A DNA stretch of 60,880 nucleotides, filler included, from Sanchytrium tribonematis (lineage: Eukaryota), in NCBI GenBank assembly GCA_018985235.1. It is 8 parts of 8 records of this genome, joined end to end, with 100 filler letters (N's around TTAATTAATTAA, not from the genome) between each part and the next. Parts side by side here need not be neighbours in the genome. Positions count along the whole stretch, not along the records: positions 38,296 to 45,776 come from JADGIG010000433.1; positions 45,877 to 53,336 come from JADGIG010000434.1; 6 more parts are not named here. One strand, 5' to 3'. Below are positions 44,392-53,436 of this stretch, in pieces. The position numbers and the translations under genes are program-made. Position 1 is the stretch's first letter, and each line of letters begins with the position of its first letter. The notes beneath the pieces are model-generated. The model had not been told where the DNA came from. It searched no databases and was given only the letters and a program-made list of their open reading frames with translations.

Positions 44392-44794
44392 GGTGGGGAG
44401 ATTCAAATTTTTTGTTTTCCAAAATCCAAACGTAAAATGTTAAAAAGAATTTATTTTGCTACTTGAACGCTAGTAGATACCCATATCTGTTGGGCATTTG
44501 CTATCAAAGCAAAATTTTAATTTAAATGTGTAAGATTTGACATAATTTTAATTCTGTGATTTTAAAGTAACCAAATTCATGATTTGCTTTCAAGGTACAC
44601 TCATATTTAATGAGTGTGTATAATAAGCATAGATTCAAACTCCAAAAATCATTTCCTGCTCAGACCGACAACCATTTCCCCTTAAAGGCTAAGAAATTCA
44701 AACCCTGTAAGTATTTTAAACGAGAGTTGTCGTGAAGACTCAAGATTATATTATCAATAAAATTGTCTTCCTTCAACTTTTCCCCTTCAATCAA

Positions 44795-45622
44795 ATGTTT
44801 ACTGAGAAATTGCCAAAATTGTACTTCAGCGGGACGCCCAAAGCTGGAACTAGTTCTATTCACCGTGTTATATTCAATAAGCTGTCGCCGAATGAGACTC
44901 TTTTTCTTGAGCCAACTCACAAAGTAGAACATTATGAGACGGATTCTGTGTTAAAACTTAATATTTATGATATACCTTTCGACTTGTTGAAAGACACTGA
45001 TGTGAGTGACGGTCATCTGATTTTTGTTCATAATAGTCAAGACCCGCAGCCACTAGAAGCAGTTTTGCCTCTCATAGCTAAGGCTAGTTTGTGCACCATA
45101 TTACTTCACAAAAGAGACGGGGTGCCAGAAGAAGTAATGCTTGATCTTATACGAGAATCGCAGCAAAGATTAAGTGAAGAAGATATTGATGCTCAAGTTT
45201 TAGCAACATCTATTTATGATAGCTCAATTTTTGAGGGACTCTCATTAGTTTTGCAAAAGCACCTCAATACCCCTGCACTTGAGAATGTTCTTAATATCAC
45301 TTGTTCATTGACCTTTGTTGAAAAGCTTTATTTGTTAGATACTTCTTCGAAGTTGTATATAAGCATGGACTCTGCATCTTTGTCTGCATACGATATAATA
45401 AGTGATAGCATCGACATGATAGTGGATTGCTTAGCTCTTTACACAACAAATGATATAAAAAAATCTCAAATTGCCTTGTCACATGTCCACTTGGTCTGCA
45501 TTCGAGTACACAAGGAACTTGTTTTAATTGGACTGACTAGAGAAATGCATCCAATAACATGGCACAATTTGGAATGCATATCCGAGCAAGTCAAGGATAT
45601 TTTGAAAATAAAATCAAAATAA
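44795..45622 (+). CDS. GTR2: Rag GTPase RagC/D (Gtr2)-like with degenerate G motifs
   Basis: SSIHRVIFNKLSPNETLFLEPT, LHKRDG, TSIYDSSIFEGLSLVLQK, SKLYISMDS, SDSIDM. Confidence 0.85.
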   Translation: MFTEKLPKLYFSGTPKAGTSSIHRVIFNKLSPNETLFLEPTHKVEHYETDSVLKLNIYDIPFDLLKDTDVSDGHLIFVHNSQDPQPLEAVLPLIAKASLCTILLHKRDGVPEEVMLDLIRESQQRLSEEDIDAQVLATSIYDSSIFEGLSLVLQKHLNTPALENVLNITCSLTFVEKLYLLDTSSKLYISMDSASLSAYDIISDSIDMIVDCLALYTTNDIKKSQIALSHVHLVCIRVHKELVLIGLTREMHPITWHNLECISEQVKDILKIKSK

Positions 45623-45623
45623 T

Positions 45624-45776
45624 TTATTTGGGTGGAATAACTGAACAAAGGGATCTATACTCTTCCCTAACGATCCATCTACTTCCAGTTTCCGTCCTTC
45701 GCTTTTCGGATAGTTCTTTGATTTTGTGTTCGATTCGATTTTTTGGTATGTTTGGATATTTCTGGTGAATATCAAT
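45624..45776 (-). CDS. C-terminal fragment, possibly the CAF-1 p150/Cac1 winged helix
   Basis: IHQKYPNIPKNRIEHKIKELSEK....SRWIVREE*; open from the contig edge. Confidence 0.45.
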   Translation of the reverse strand: MDIHQKYPNIPKNRIEHKIKELSEKRRTETGSRWIVREEYRSLCSVIPPK

Positions 45777-45876
45777 NNNNNNNNNNNNNNNNNNNNNNNN
45801 NNNNNNNNNNNNNNNNNNNNTTAATTAATTAANNNNNNNNNNNNNNNNNNNNNNNNNNNNNNNNNNNNNNNNNNNN
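45777..45876. other. Artificial contig spacer
   Basis: N44-TTAATTAATTAA-N44. Confidence 0.99.
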
Positions 45877-45878
45877 CT

Positions 45879-45960
45879 GGGGGGGGGGAATTGTATTTTT
45901 ATAGTCGAAATCCTATCCAATTCCCCCGGGGGAATTGATTAGGAGGGGGGAATTGGATGG
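45879..45960. repeat. G-rich GGGGGAATTG repeats with a perfect 20-bp palindrome
   Basis: CAATTCCCCCGGGGGAATTG at 45918-45937; three G(n)AATTG copies at a contig edge. Confidence 0.7.
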
Positions 45961-46108
45961 GTAAACACTTTACTTAACAATACCCGAATAAAGTGAGTGG
46001 TCGTTCTATTTGAGTAAATTCGTTAGAGCAAAACTTTAAGTCTCAGATCAAGCCAATTCACCATAAAAAACAAAATGGGGCCAAATATATGATAATGTAT
46101 CCAAATAT

Positions 46109-47059
46109 TTAATTATTCTTTTTGTCGGGATTGCCCAAATCTTTGTTTCTCTCTTCCCAACTGCAATATAGCAATATTGCCGCACCTGGTCCTATCGTAA
46201 AACTTTTAATCAAAAATGAAACCAGTTGCATTTTGCCACCTTCTACTGCAACAAATAATGCCATGGATATCAATAAGCTTATCATGTCCAGTATCAGTAT
46301 AAATAAAGGCCCATTTAACGAAGGAGATTGCAAAACTTGCACATAATATCCTAAATCGAAAGACGGATCTAGCATTCCTTTGAAGAAATAAGCGGCACAC
46401 ATTCCCGCAAACAAATTTAAAACAGATACTGCTGAGGCTTCACCGTGTGAAATTCCGATTTTCTTAATGACTAAAGGTAGCAGTGGCAAGATAAAATTGA
46501 AAAACATCATGTATTCAGCAAACCAACTAATTTCCGATAAAGCCACAGGTAACAATGCAACTGCTGTAGCCCACCCGCTGACAGTCATTGATCCAACTTT
46601 TTTACTCAAAATAGGGCCTCTTTTTCCAGACAACAACCACATTGATGGCAACCAAAACAATGGGACAGCTACAGAGATTCCTATTATTTGACCCAACAAT
46701 AAAACAACCTCTCCAAATGCGACAAAGCCTCGCGCTGAGCTTCTTCCAGTTTCCGCACAAACCAGCATGAAAGCTCCAAGTCCAAATGAATTAATAAAAA
46801 ATGATGTGAATGCAGCATCCTTTGGTTTTAAAGCTGCTTTGTCGAAAAAGGCAGTGATCATGCACAAAAATCTGTCAATAGGAAGGAAACCTGTTTGATA
46901 GAATCGGATGCCATCAATTTTGTTTCCAAAGTTGTGAGGCGCATACAGACACTTTTCGCTCATTTTTGCAAATTCTTTATCGCTTCCCATGAATTTGATG
47001 GCTATTATTAGAGTAGTAATTGCAATGATAATGGAGAGAGTGGCGGCTACTTTTCGCAT
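46109..47059 (-). CDS. Multi-pass membrane protein of unknown function
   Basis: Several TM helices; QTGFLPIDRFLC, GQIIGISVAVPL, IGPGAA. Confidence 0.7.
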   Translation of the reverse strand: MRKVAATLSIIIAITTLIIAIKFMGSDKEFAKMSEKCLYAPHNFGNKIDGIRFYQTGFLPIDRFLCMITAFFDKAALKPKDAAFTSFFINSFGLGAFMLVCAETGRSSARGFVAFGEVVLLLGQIIGISVAVPLFWLPSMWLLSGKRGPILSKKVGSMTVSGWATAVALLPVALSEISWFAEYMMFFNFILPLLPLVIKKIGISHGEASAVSVLNLFAGMCAAYFFKGMLDPSFDLGYYVQVLQSPSLNGPLFILILDMISLLISMALFVAVEGGKMQLVSFLIKSFTIGPGAAILLYCSWEERNKDLGNPDKKNN

Positions 47060-47162
47060 TGTTTTAAATTCCCCATGGCTCAAGACAGGAAAGTACCATA
47101 AACTGTGTTTAAGGCTTACCCCATGGAAGACATTTCCTAGCACTCGAATTCACATCAGATAT

Positions 47163-48074
47163 TTATTGTTTTTGTCCAGTCTTTATTTGCTGCAAATGTT
47201 TGAATTCATTTTGATTTTTATCCTCAATTATAGATTTTAATTTTTCAATTTCGACATTAGCGTTTGCAAGTTCGATATTTTTTTCTCTTATTTTCTGCAT
47301 CAGGTTGTCACTTTGATCAGAATCACTAATCATTTTGCTTTTTGATTTTTCCAAATCATGTTTGCGACCCAAACTATCTAGCTTGTAACGAAGATCTTCA
47401 CATTTTGCCAGTAAAGACTTGTTTTCGCTGAAAAGATTGTCAAATTCAGTATTTAGTTTTGATAACGAATGGTCTTTGAATTCCATGTCATTCTTGTATT
47501 TCGCTTTAAAATCTTTGCTCTCAAGAACAAGGTTATCATACGATGCTGTCATTTGGTCAATCTTGGTTTCCAATTCCGCACCTCTTGCTTTCAGTTTATC
47601 GTTGGATTGCTTCATTTCTTTTAAACTGGACTTCAATCGATAATTTTCAGTTTGACATGATTTAATTTCAACATTTAATTGCAAAATTTTACCCTCTTTT
47701 TCCTTCAATTGCCTCTCGCAACCATTCACTTTGGTTTTTCCATTCTGCAGTTCTTTCTTTAATTCTGAGACAGATTGTTCGAGTTTTCCGATTTTTAATT
47801 CTGCAGCCTTTTTCTGTGTCATAATTGTAGAGTTTTGAGTCTTCAATTCGTGGTTTGCTTTCTGAGTCTTATCAAAACTCAATTTTGTAGAAGCTAGATC
47901 TGACTTAATCTTTGAAGTATCCTTGTCATATTTCATTTTCAAATTTGTATTTTCTTGCTTGAGAATCAATTCATTTTGTACAGAGACGAGATACTTTTTA
48001 TGCATCAAATCAATTTCGCTCTTGAGTCCTTTATTGACTTTCCTTACAATTTTTTCTTCTTTCACTGTCATCAT
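47163..48074 (-). CDS. Long coiled-coil protein
   Basis: K/E/L heptads throughout; first ATG at 48074. Confidence 0.65.
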   Translation of the reverse strand: MMTVKEEKIVRKVNKGLKSEIDLMHKKYLVSVQNELILKQENTNLKMKYDKDTSKIKSDLASTKLSFDKTQKANHELKTQNSTIMTQKKAAELKIGKLEQSVSELKKELQNGKTKVNGCERQLKEKEGKILQLNVEIKSCQTENYRLKSSLKEMKQSNDKLKARGAELETKIDQMTASYDNLVLESKDFKAKYKNDMEFKDHSLSKLNTEFDNLFSENKSLLAKCEDLRYKLDSLGRKHDLEKSKSKMISDSDQSDNLMQKIREKNIELANANVEIEKLKSIIEDKNQNEFKHLQQIKTGQKQ

Positions 48075-48431
48075 CTGAGTTTTCTTCAGTCTGGTTTTAA
48101 ATTTGCAAAAATTAGGAGCAGTCCAATCAAACCAACTTAAATCAGAATTGTAAATCCTTGTAATTTTTTCTCGACACACCCAGCGCTGATTGAACTTAGA
48201 CCAGTAATTTTTATCGCGAAGAAGCAGCAGCAGCAAAAAATCTTTTGCTTAAGAAACTCTACCATTTGTATATTTACTTTTTTCGTAATGAGCAATGCAT
48301 TACCATATTTAGACTCGAAAAATCTTTAATTGTTTACTGGTCTCATTATATTTGATGTACCACCATTCAAATCCAAACTCCACATCTAATATACAAATAT
48401 ATACAAATTGACCATAGCACAAATTTGTTTA

Positions 48432-48848
48432 ATGGAAACCGATACCATTGTTGAAAGGCCCCCAAGATGCTGTTGCTGTAATGCAAATATCGGCATAGTA
48501 ATCATGTCTCTACTAACACTGGCTTTAGGTATTTTGTCATTACTTTCGCACTCTTGGCCAATTGGAACGATTTGGACAGTTATTGGAGTTTTTGGCATCG
48601 GAGTATGCTATGCCAAGAAACACTATCTAGTTTTTCTTGCCATTTCAACAATGGGTCAAGCTATTATTGTTGTTTTAGCTTTGTTGGCTATGGTTACGAT
48701 AAATCAAACCAACTCTAAAGATTACCAGAATTCAATTTATTTGACTTGCTCTTTAACAATTCTATTTTCTTTATTGATGGGGTTGATGTCCATCATTTAC
48801 CTCAGACGGCTGCACAGATTTTACAATAAATCAGACAATTTACTTTAA
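48432..48848 (+). CDS. Small four-TM protein with an N-terminal Cys cluster
   Basis: RCCCC followed by 4 hydrophobic helices. Confidence 0.6.
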   Translation: METDTIVERPPRCCCCNANIGIVIMSLLTLALGILSLLSHSWPIGTIWTVIGVFGIGVCYAKKHYLVFLAISTMGQAIIVVLALLAMVTINQTNSKDYQNSIYLTCSLTILFSLLMGLMSIIYLRRLHRFYNKSDNLL

Positions 48849-48884
48849 ATCCAATTCTTTATTACTATCAAATAACTAATTTTT

Positions 48885-49112
48885 TTATTTTTTAGTCCTG
48901 TACATGCTCATACCTATTCCAAAAATGGTTAATCCTTGAAAGAAAATTCGAAGTCTCATCATTGTTTGGGAATTTCTTTGATTTCCTCTTAAAAATTCTC
49001 TTACACCAACAACACAAGCACCAGCGGCTGCAAATCCAGTAATTGGTATCCATGGTTCGGCTAATAATTTTTCTTTTGTAAAAGGTGTTTTCACTAAAGG
49101 AGGTTGTGTCAT
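48885..49112 (-). CDS. HIG1-domain protein (Rcf1/HIGD-like)
   Basis: KLLAEPWIP, GNQRNSQTMMRLRIFFQGLT. Confidence 0.85.
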   Translation of the reverse strand: MTQPPLVKTPFTKEKLLAEPWIPITGFAAAGACVVGVREFLRGNQRNSQTMMRLRIFFQGLTIFGIGMSMYRTKK

Positions 49113-49232
49113 AGCAAAGATTTGACTATATCGCAAATCTTATACTTCTTTCTGGTCGGAAATTATAAATTTAGAGTAACAGGAGTTTAGAAAGTTACAT
49201 TATAATTCTCAATTTTAAAATGCTTTATTTAT

Positions 49233-49733
49233 TCAGTACATAAGTTCAATTTTTGCAGTAGGATGATTTGATGCCATGTACGTCTTGGAAAATTCTTCAA
49301 ATTCAGCCTTGACGTTTCCAATTTTGGTGACTTGAAAATTTCCAATAGGGCAGACAGCATCTTCACAATTTGGACCTGGTTGAACACCAGTCAATTCTTT
49401 ATATGCCGGTATTGAAATATCATGAGCACTACCATTGTCTAAAACTACTAGGGTGACCGATTTTCCGTTAAAGGTGTACTGTTCCACATCATAGCAGTTT
49501 CCGCCACCTTTCACCAGAAATCCTTTTGATTGAGCAAAAGCCCAAACCAATTGGATATCTAAGATGCCTCCCTCGCTGGTTTTAACCAAATCACAACCAC
49601 CATATCCTGCGGCTAATGCTGATGCAGCATTATATGTATTATGACAAGTCAAACCACCCGGTATTTGACTGTTACCAAGTGCAGCAATGCATGCAGCTTC
49701 TTGTGGAATTGAAAAGAAAACAGGAAAAAACAT
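49233..49733 (-). CDS. Small secreted Cys-rich protein, DPBB (cerato-platanin/barwin/expansin-like)
   Basis: GNCY...TFNGKSVTLVVLD...HDISIPAYKELTG; 6 Cys; leader MFFPVFFS. Confidence 0.55.
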   Translation of the reverse strand: MFFPVFFSIPQEAACIAALGNSQIPGGLTCHNTYNAASALAAGYGGCDLVKTSEGGILDIQLVWAFAQSKGFLVKGGGNCYDVEQYTFNGKSVTLVVLDNGSAHDISIPAYKELTGVQPGPNCEDAVCPIGNFQVTKIGNVKAEFEEFSKTYMASNHPTAKIELMY

Positions 49734-50043
49734 TTATAACAAACAATACATTGCTTTCTTATATACCCAATTACTGGGTCACTTGACTTGATTACATGAT
49801 CGATGCCATAAAACTTTGGCGAAGATCAGCAAACAGATCACTCTCATGATTTGTAAACGTCGAAACGTTACATGATCTGTTTCTAGGTTTGGGTGTCTTC
49901 GTTTTCATTCGTGATAGCCACCACGATAGAATCTATGATAAATAAATTAGCATCACTATGATCTTGATTTCAACTTTTATAATGAAACTTGACGGAATTT
50001 CAAGTGTTAAATTTAATAGTTTCTCAAATTTTAACAAAATTTA

Positions 50044-50637
50044 TTAAAAGAATGAGAGTGCCAAAAGTCCTAATGTCATAATAATAGCTGAAGCCCCTGC
50101 CGTCGTTGTCACTGCTGGTGTAGCTGCTTGAGTTGTTGTAGCAGATTGTGATTGCATGGCTGGAGTGGTGGAATTACCAGCAAGATAATAAGCAACAGTA
50201 TTGGTTGGAGTCAAAGTAGTTGTGGCGGATGATGGAAGTGCAGAACATTGCTCATTCGCACCAGTAGGACCGAAGCAGGTGCTATTAGTATCACACACTT
50301 GAACACCAGTAATTGTGATTCTCATATCTGAATGACTACCTACTGCTGATGCCGTGACTACTACAGTGCTCAAGGAAGTTGTATTTAGGGTCACCCCACT
50401 TTTGATTTGATTTTCTGACACAGCCATGGTCCAATCAGTATTTTGTTGAATATCCAAATGTGAGATGGCCACATTTGCTGTATAAGCTATTTTGAATACT
50501 TGACCATTTGCATTATAAGTTGGTGAGAAGTTGAAAGTTTCTTGGACAGTTGTTACATCATTTGTGTTTTCAATAATTCCATAATTACAGGTAACAACAG
50601 GTGGATATGGAACAGCACTTACAATTTGAAGAAGCAT
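50044..50637 (-). CDS. Putative GPI-anchored Thr-rich surface protein
   Basis: Leader MLLQIVSA, Cys-containing domain, T/A-rich stalk, C-terminal AGASAIIMTLGLLALSFF. Confidence 0.75.
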   Translation of the reverse strand: MLLQIVSAVPYPPVVTCNYGIIENTNDVTTVQETFNFSPTYNANGQVFKIAYTANVAISHLDIQQNTDWTMAVSENQIKSGVTLNTTSLSTVVVTASAVGSHSDMRITITGVQVCDTNSTCFGPTGANEQCSALPSSATTTLTPTNTVAYYLAGNSTTPAMQSQSATTTQAATPAVTTTAGASAIIMTLGLLALSFF

Positions 50638-50769
50638 CAGCTGGCTGATTTGTGGATTTTTTACCTTTATATACTTTTGAGTCCGTGCGCAGGTCACATG
50701 GAAATGGCTAATTGGTCCTTTAAGCTCAGAAATTTTTTATACATCTTATTTTCTTAATATAAAATTTAT

Positions 50770-51646
50770 TTATAAAATCATAAATAGCGCAACTATTGAT
50801 AAAATCCCACAAGAGATAGAAGTAGCTGAATTGATGCCTGTTTCTGTAGCTTTTGGGATACTTTCAAACAATGACATTTGTGAGGCGTAACTCAAGTAAG
50901 AATTCAACAAGGTGTTTTCTACAGGAACAGCGGTCTAAATTAGAAGAAATTACATCTGTATTAACTTCGCTTTCCGTGGACTCAATTTGGCTTTCTACAG
51001 ATTGGAGCAAAAGTGTGGAGGCACTTTCCATATCTGTTTGTGTGTTACTTGCATAAGTGTTTGATGTCCAAATATTTGTCCAAGGCTCTGCAACGCTGCT
51101 AGAAATAGTTGATTGTAAAGTGGTGTGGCCTTGGATTTCTTTAGTATCTATCTCGCTACTTGAGATGTCTAAAGAATTTTTATTTGTAGCATCGAGTGAT
51201 GTTGCAGTGCTTGTGGCTTCTGGTATTGATACGGTGACACTATCCGAAATGTCAAAGGCCGAACTACTTGATGAAACAACCATTTGAAAAGTACTTGAAG
51301 TTGATGTGTCTACCAGTACAGTGGTTGACATTTGAGATGTGTTTAACTCGCTCGAAGACGAATCTTGGCTAGTAGTCCCAATCGCATCAATGGTGGATGA
51401 TGTTTCAGAAAGTTCAGAGGATGTATCAATCTGGATCGTGCTTGTGCTGACTGTAGATTCAATAGTGGTGTAAACCCAAGTGGAAGATTCTAAAGCAATT
51501 TCAGTTGTAGAAGCAAACTCAATGATGGAGGAGCTTGATTCCATATTCCAAATTAAATTGGAGGAGGTGCTTGATTCAATCGCGTCACTTTCTCCAGCAC
51601 TAAACAATAAACTGCTAATGTCTAAACCGTATACAATCGCGAGCAT
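50770..51646 (-). CDS. Putative GPI-anchored Ser/Thr-rich mucin-like protein; exons 51646-50954 and 50934-50770
   Basis: S/T-rich body; splicing gives C-terminal NSATSISCGILSIVALFMIL*. Confidence 0.75.
50935..50953 (-). other. 19-nt intron (gtaatttcttctaatttag)
   Basis: Contains CTAAT branch-like motif; removal yields a GPI-signal-like end. Confidence 0.8.
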
Positions 51647-51749
51647 CTTTCAACATGGGCTCTTGTGCCCTTTTTATACACAAGACAATGTGCTTATGCC
51701 ATAGGTATAAATCACACTTTTGGCCATTTGGATAAAACGCGGATAAAAA

Positions 51750-53071
51750 ATGAGTTCTTCAACAAATGAAGAAGAAATACAGATGTTCAAAATAAAGAAA
51801 TTGGTTAGACATTTAACAGATGTAAGAGGGAATGGCACATCTATGATATCTTTAATTATGCCACCGAATACTCAATTACCGCTTATTACGAAAATGTTGG
51901 CAGATGAATACGGCACGGCCACGAATATAAAGAGCAGAGTCAACAAATTATCTGTTCTAGCTGCTATTACTAGTGCACAACAAAGACTTAAATTATATAA
52001 GGATATTCCTCCAAATGGATTGATTTTATACACGGGAACCATAGATGACCATGGTAAAGATAAAAAAGTTACAATTGATTTCGAACCATTTAAACCCATT
52101 AACACCAGTATGTATATGTGTGATAATAAATTTCACACAGAAGCTTTAAGTGAGTTGTTGACGAGCGATGATAAATTTGGATTTATTGTTATGGACGGTA
52201 ATGGATCTCTTTTTGGCACACTTTCTGGAAACGCACGTGAGATTTTGCAAAAAATTTCAGTAGAACTCCCAAAAAAGCACGGTCGTGGTGGTCAATCCGC
52301 GATGAGATTTGCGCGATTGAGAGAGGAAAAACGTCACAATTATGTTCGTAAAGTTTCTGAACTATCAGTCCAGAATTTTATCACCAATGATCAGCCAAAT
52401 GTCAGTGGTCTAATTTTAGCAGGAAGTGCTGATTTTAAAAATGTTTTGGAACAATCTGATTTATTTGATCCACGTCTTAAAGCAATTGTCATCAAGGTTG
52501 TAGACACAAGTTATGGTGGCGAGAATGGATTTAATCAAGCAATTACTTTGTCGCAAGAAGTTTTGTCAAATGTTAAATTTGTGCGAGAAAAGCAACTATT
52601 GGAAAAGTTTTTTGAGGAAATTTCAAAGGATACTGGCAAATATGTTTTTGGTGTAGACGACACTTTGAAGGGTCTCGATATGGGTGCTGTGGAAACTCTG
52701 ATTGTATTTGAAAATCTCGATGTTGAAAGGTTGATTTTTATTTATTTAGGTACCAAGTGAGAGATTCTAATGGCGCGGAGCAAATACTGATGCTGACACC
52801 CAGTCAAAAGCAAGAGCATAGTTTTAAGGATTCAGAAGGCAATGACCTCGAAATAATTGAGTCAGTCACTCTCGTCGAATGGCTTGCAGAAAATTACAAG
52901 AATTTTGGAACAACCTTGGAATTTGTTACCGATAAAAGTAGTGAAGGAAATCAATTTGTTAAAGGTATAGGTGGTATTGGAGGTATTTTGAGATATCAAG
53001 TTGACTTTACTGAGCTTGCAGCATATGACGAAGAGTCTGATGATTATTTTTCAGATGACGATTTCATTTAA
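51750..53071 (+). CDS. SUP45: Eukaryotic release factor 1; exons 51750-52729 and 52750-53071
   Basis: [23 protein letters not shown]; splice gives DVER|YQVRD. Confidence 0.97.
52730..52749 (+). other. 20-nt intron (gttgatttttatttatttag)
   Basis: Joins the eRF1 ORFs in frame. Confidence 0.93.
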
Positions 53072-53247
53072 TAAACCAAAGGTACGAAGAAAACTTTGCC
53101 CTGGCTAAAAATACATTGAATTCTTTGGTTCGGAAAGATTTACGAATCACAGTTGAAACACAGGGCCAAGCGTCTTGTTGCCAATCAGATCGTGTAAATA
53201 TATTAACAAGACAATTAAAAAGACAGTTACTCTCACAGATACCACAA

Positions 53248-53336
53248 ATGCTTTTCACAGTTGGAATTTTCGGTTCTCAATGCTCTAACACTGACAGAGT
53301 TAGAAAAGAAGTTAGGGATATGACTCCTGAAGACTG
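53248..53336 (+). CDS. Second secreted tyrosinase-like gene, N-terminal fragment
   Basis: MLFTVGIFGSQCSNTDRVRKEVRDMTPED parallels MLFISILYAQSVAACANPRIRKEITLMTAQE at 19573. Confidence 0.65.
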
Positions 53337-53436
53337 NNNNNNNNNNNNNNNNNNNNNNNNNNNNNNNNNNNNNNNNNNNNTTAATTAATTAANNNNNNNN
53401 NNNNNNNNNNNNNNNNNNNNNNNNNNNNNNNNNNNN
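53337..53436. other. Artificial contig spacer
   Basis: N44-TTAATTAATTAA-N44. Confidence 0.99.

Noticed and set aside
48259..48277. 19-nt GT-AG candidate on the minus strand upstream of the coiled-coil gene
   Set aside because: Lacks the -6 A/TNAT motif, and splicing from the upstream ATG runs into a stop.
51750..53071. Variant genetic code or stop-codon reassignment
   Set aside because: eRF1 keeps GTS, NIKS, YxCxxxF and GGQ with only mild changes. TAA, TAG and TGA all end genes, CTG sits at conserved Leu positions in ILV1, and broken ORFs are explained by tiny introns.
7646..53436. Regularly spaced TTAATTAATTAA palindromes as a biological repeat or array
   Set aside because: Each sits in N44 flanks and truncates genes, and contig lengths decrease monotonically. 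It is a concatenation linker, so no cross-spacer clustering (e.g. the two LRR genes, tyrosinase fragment and LYS2) can be inferred.
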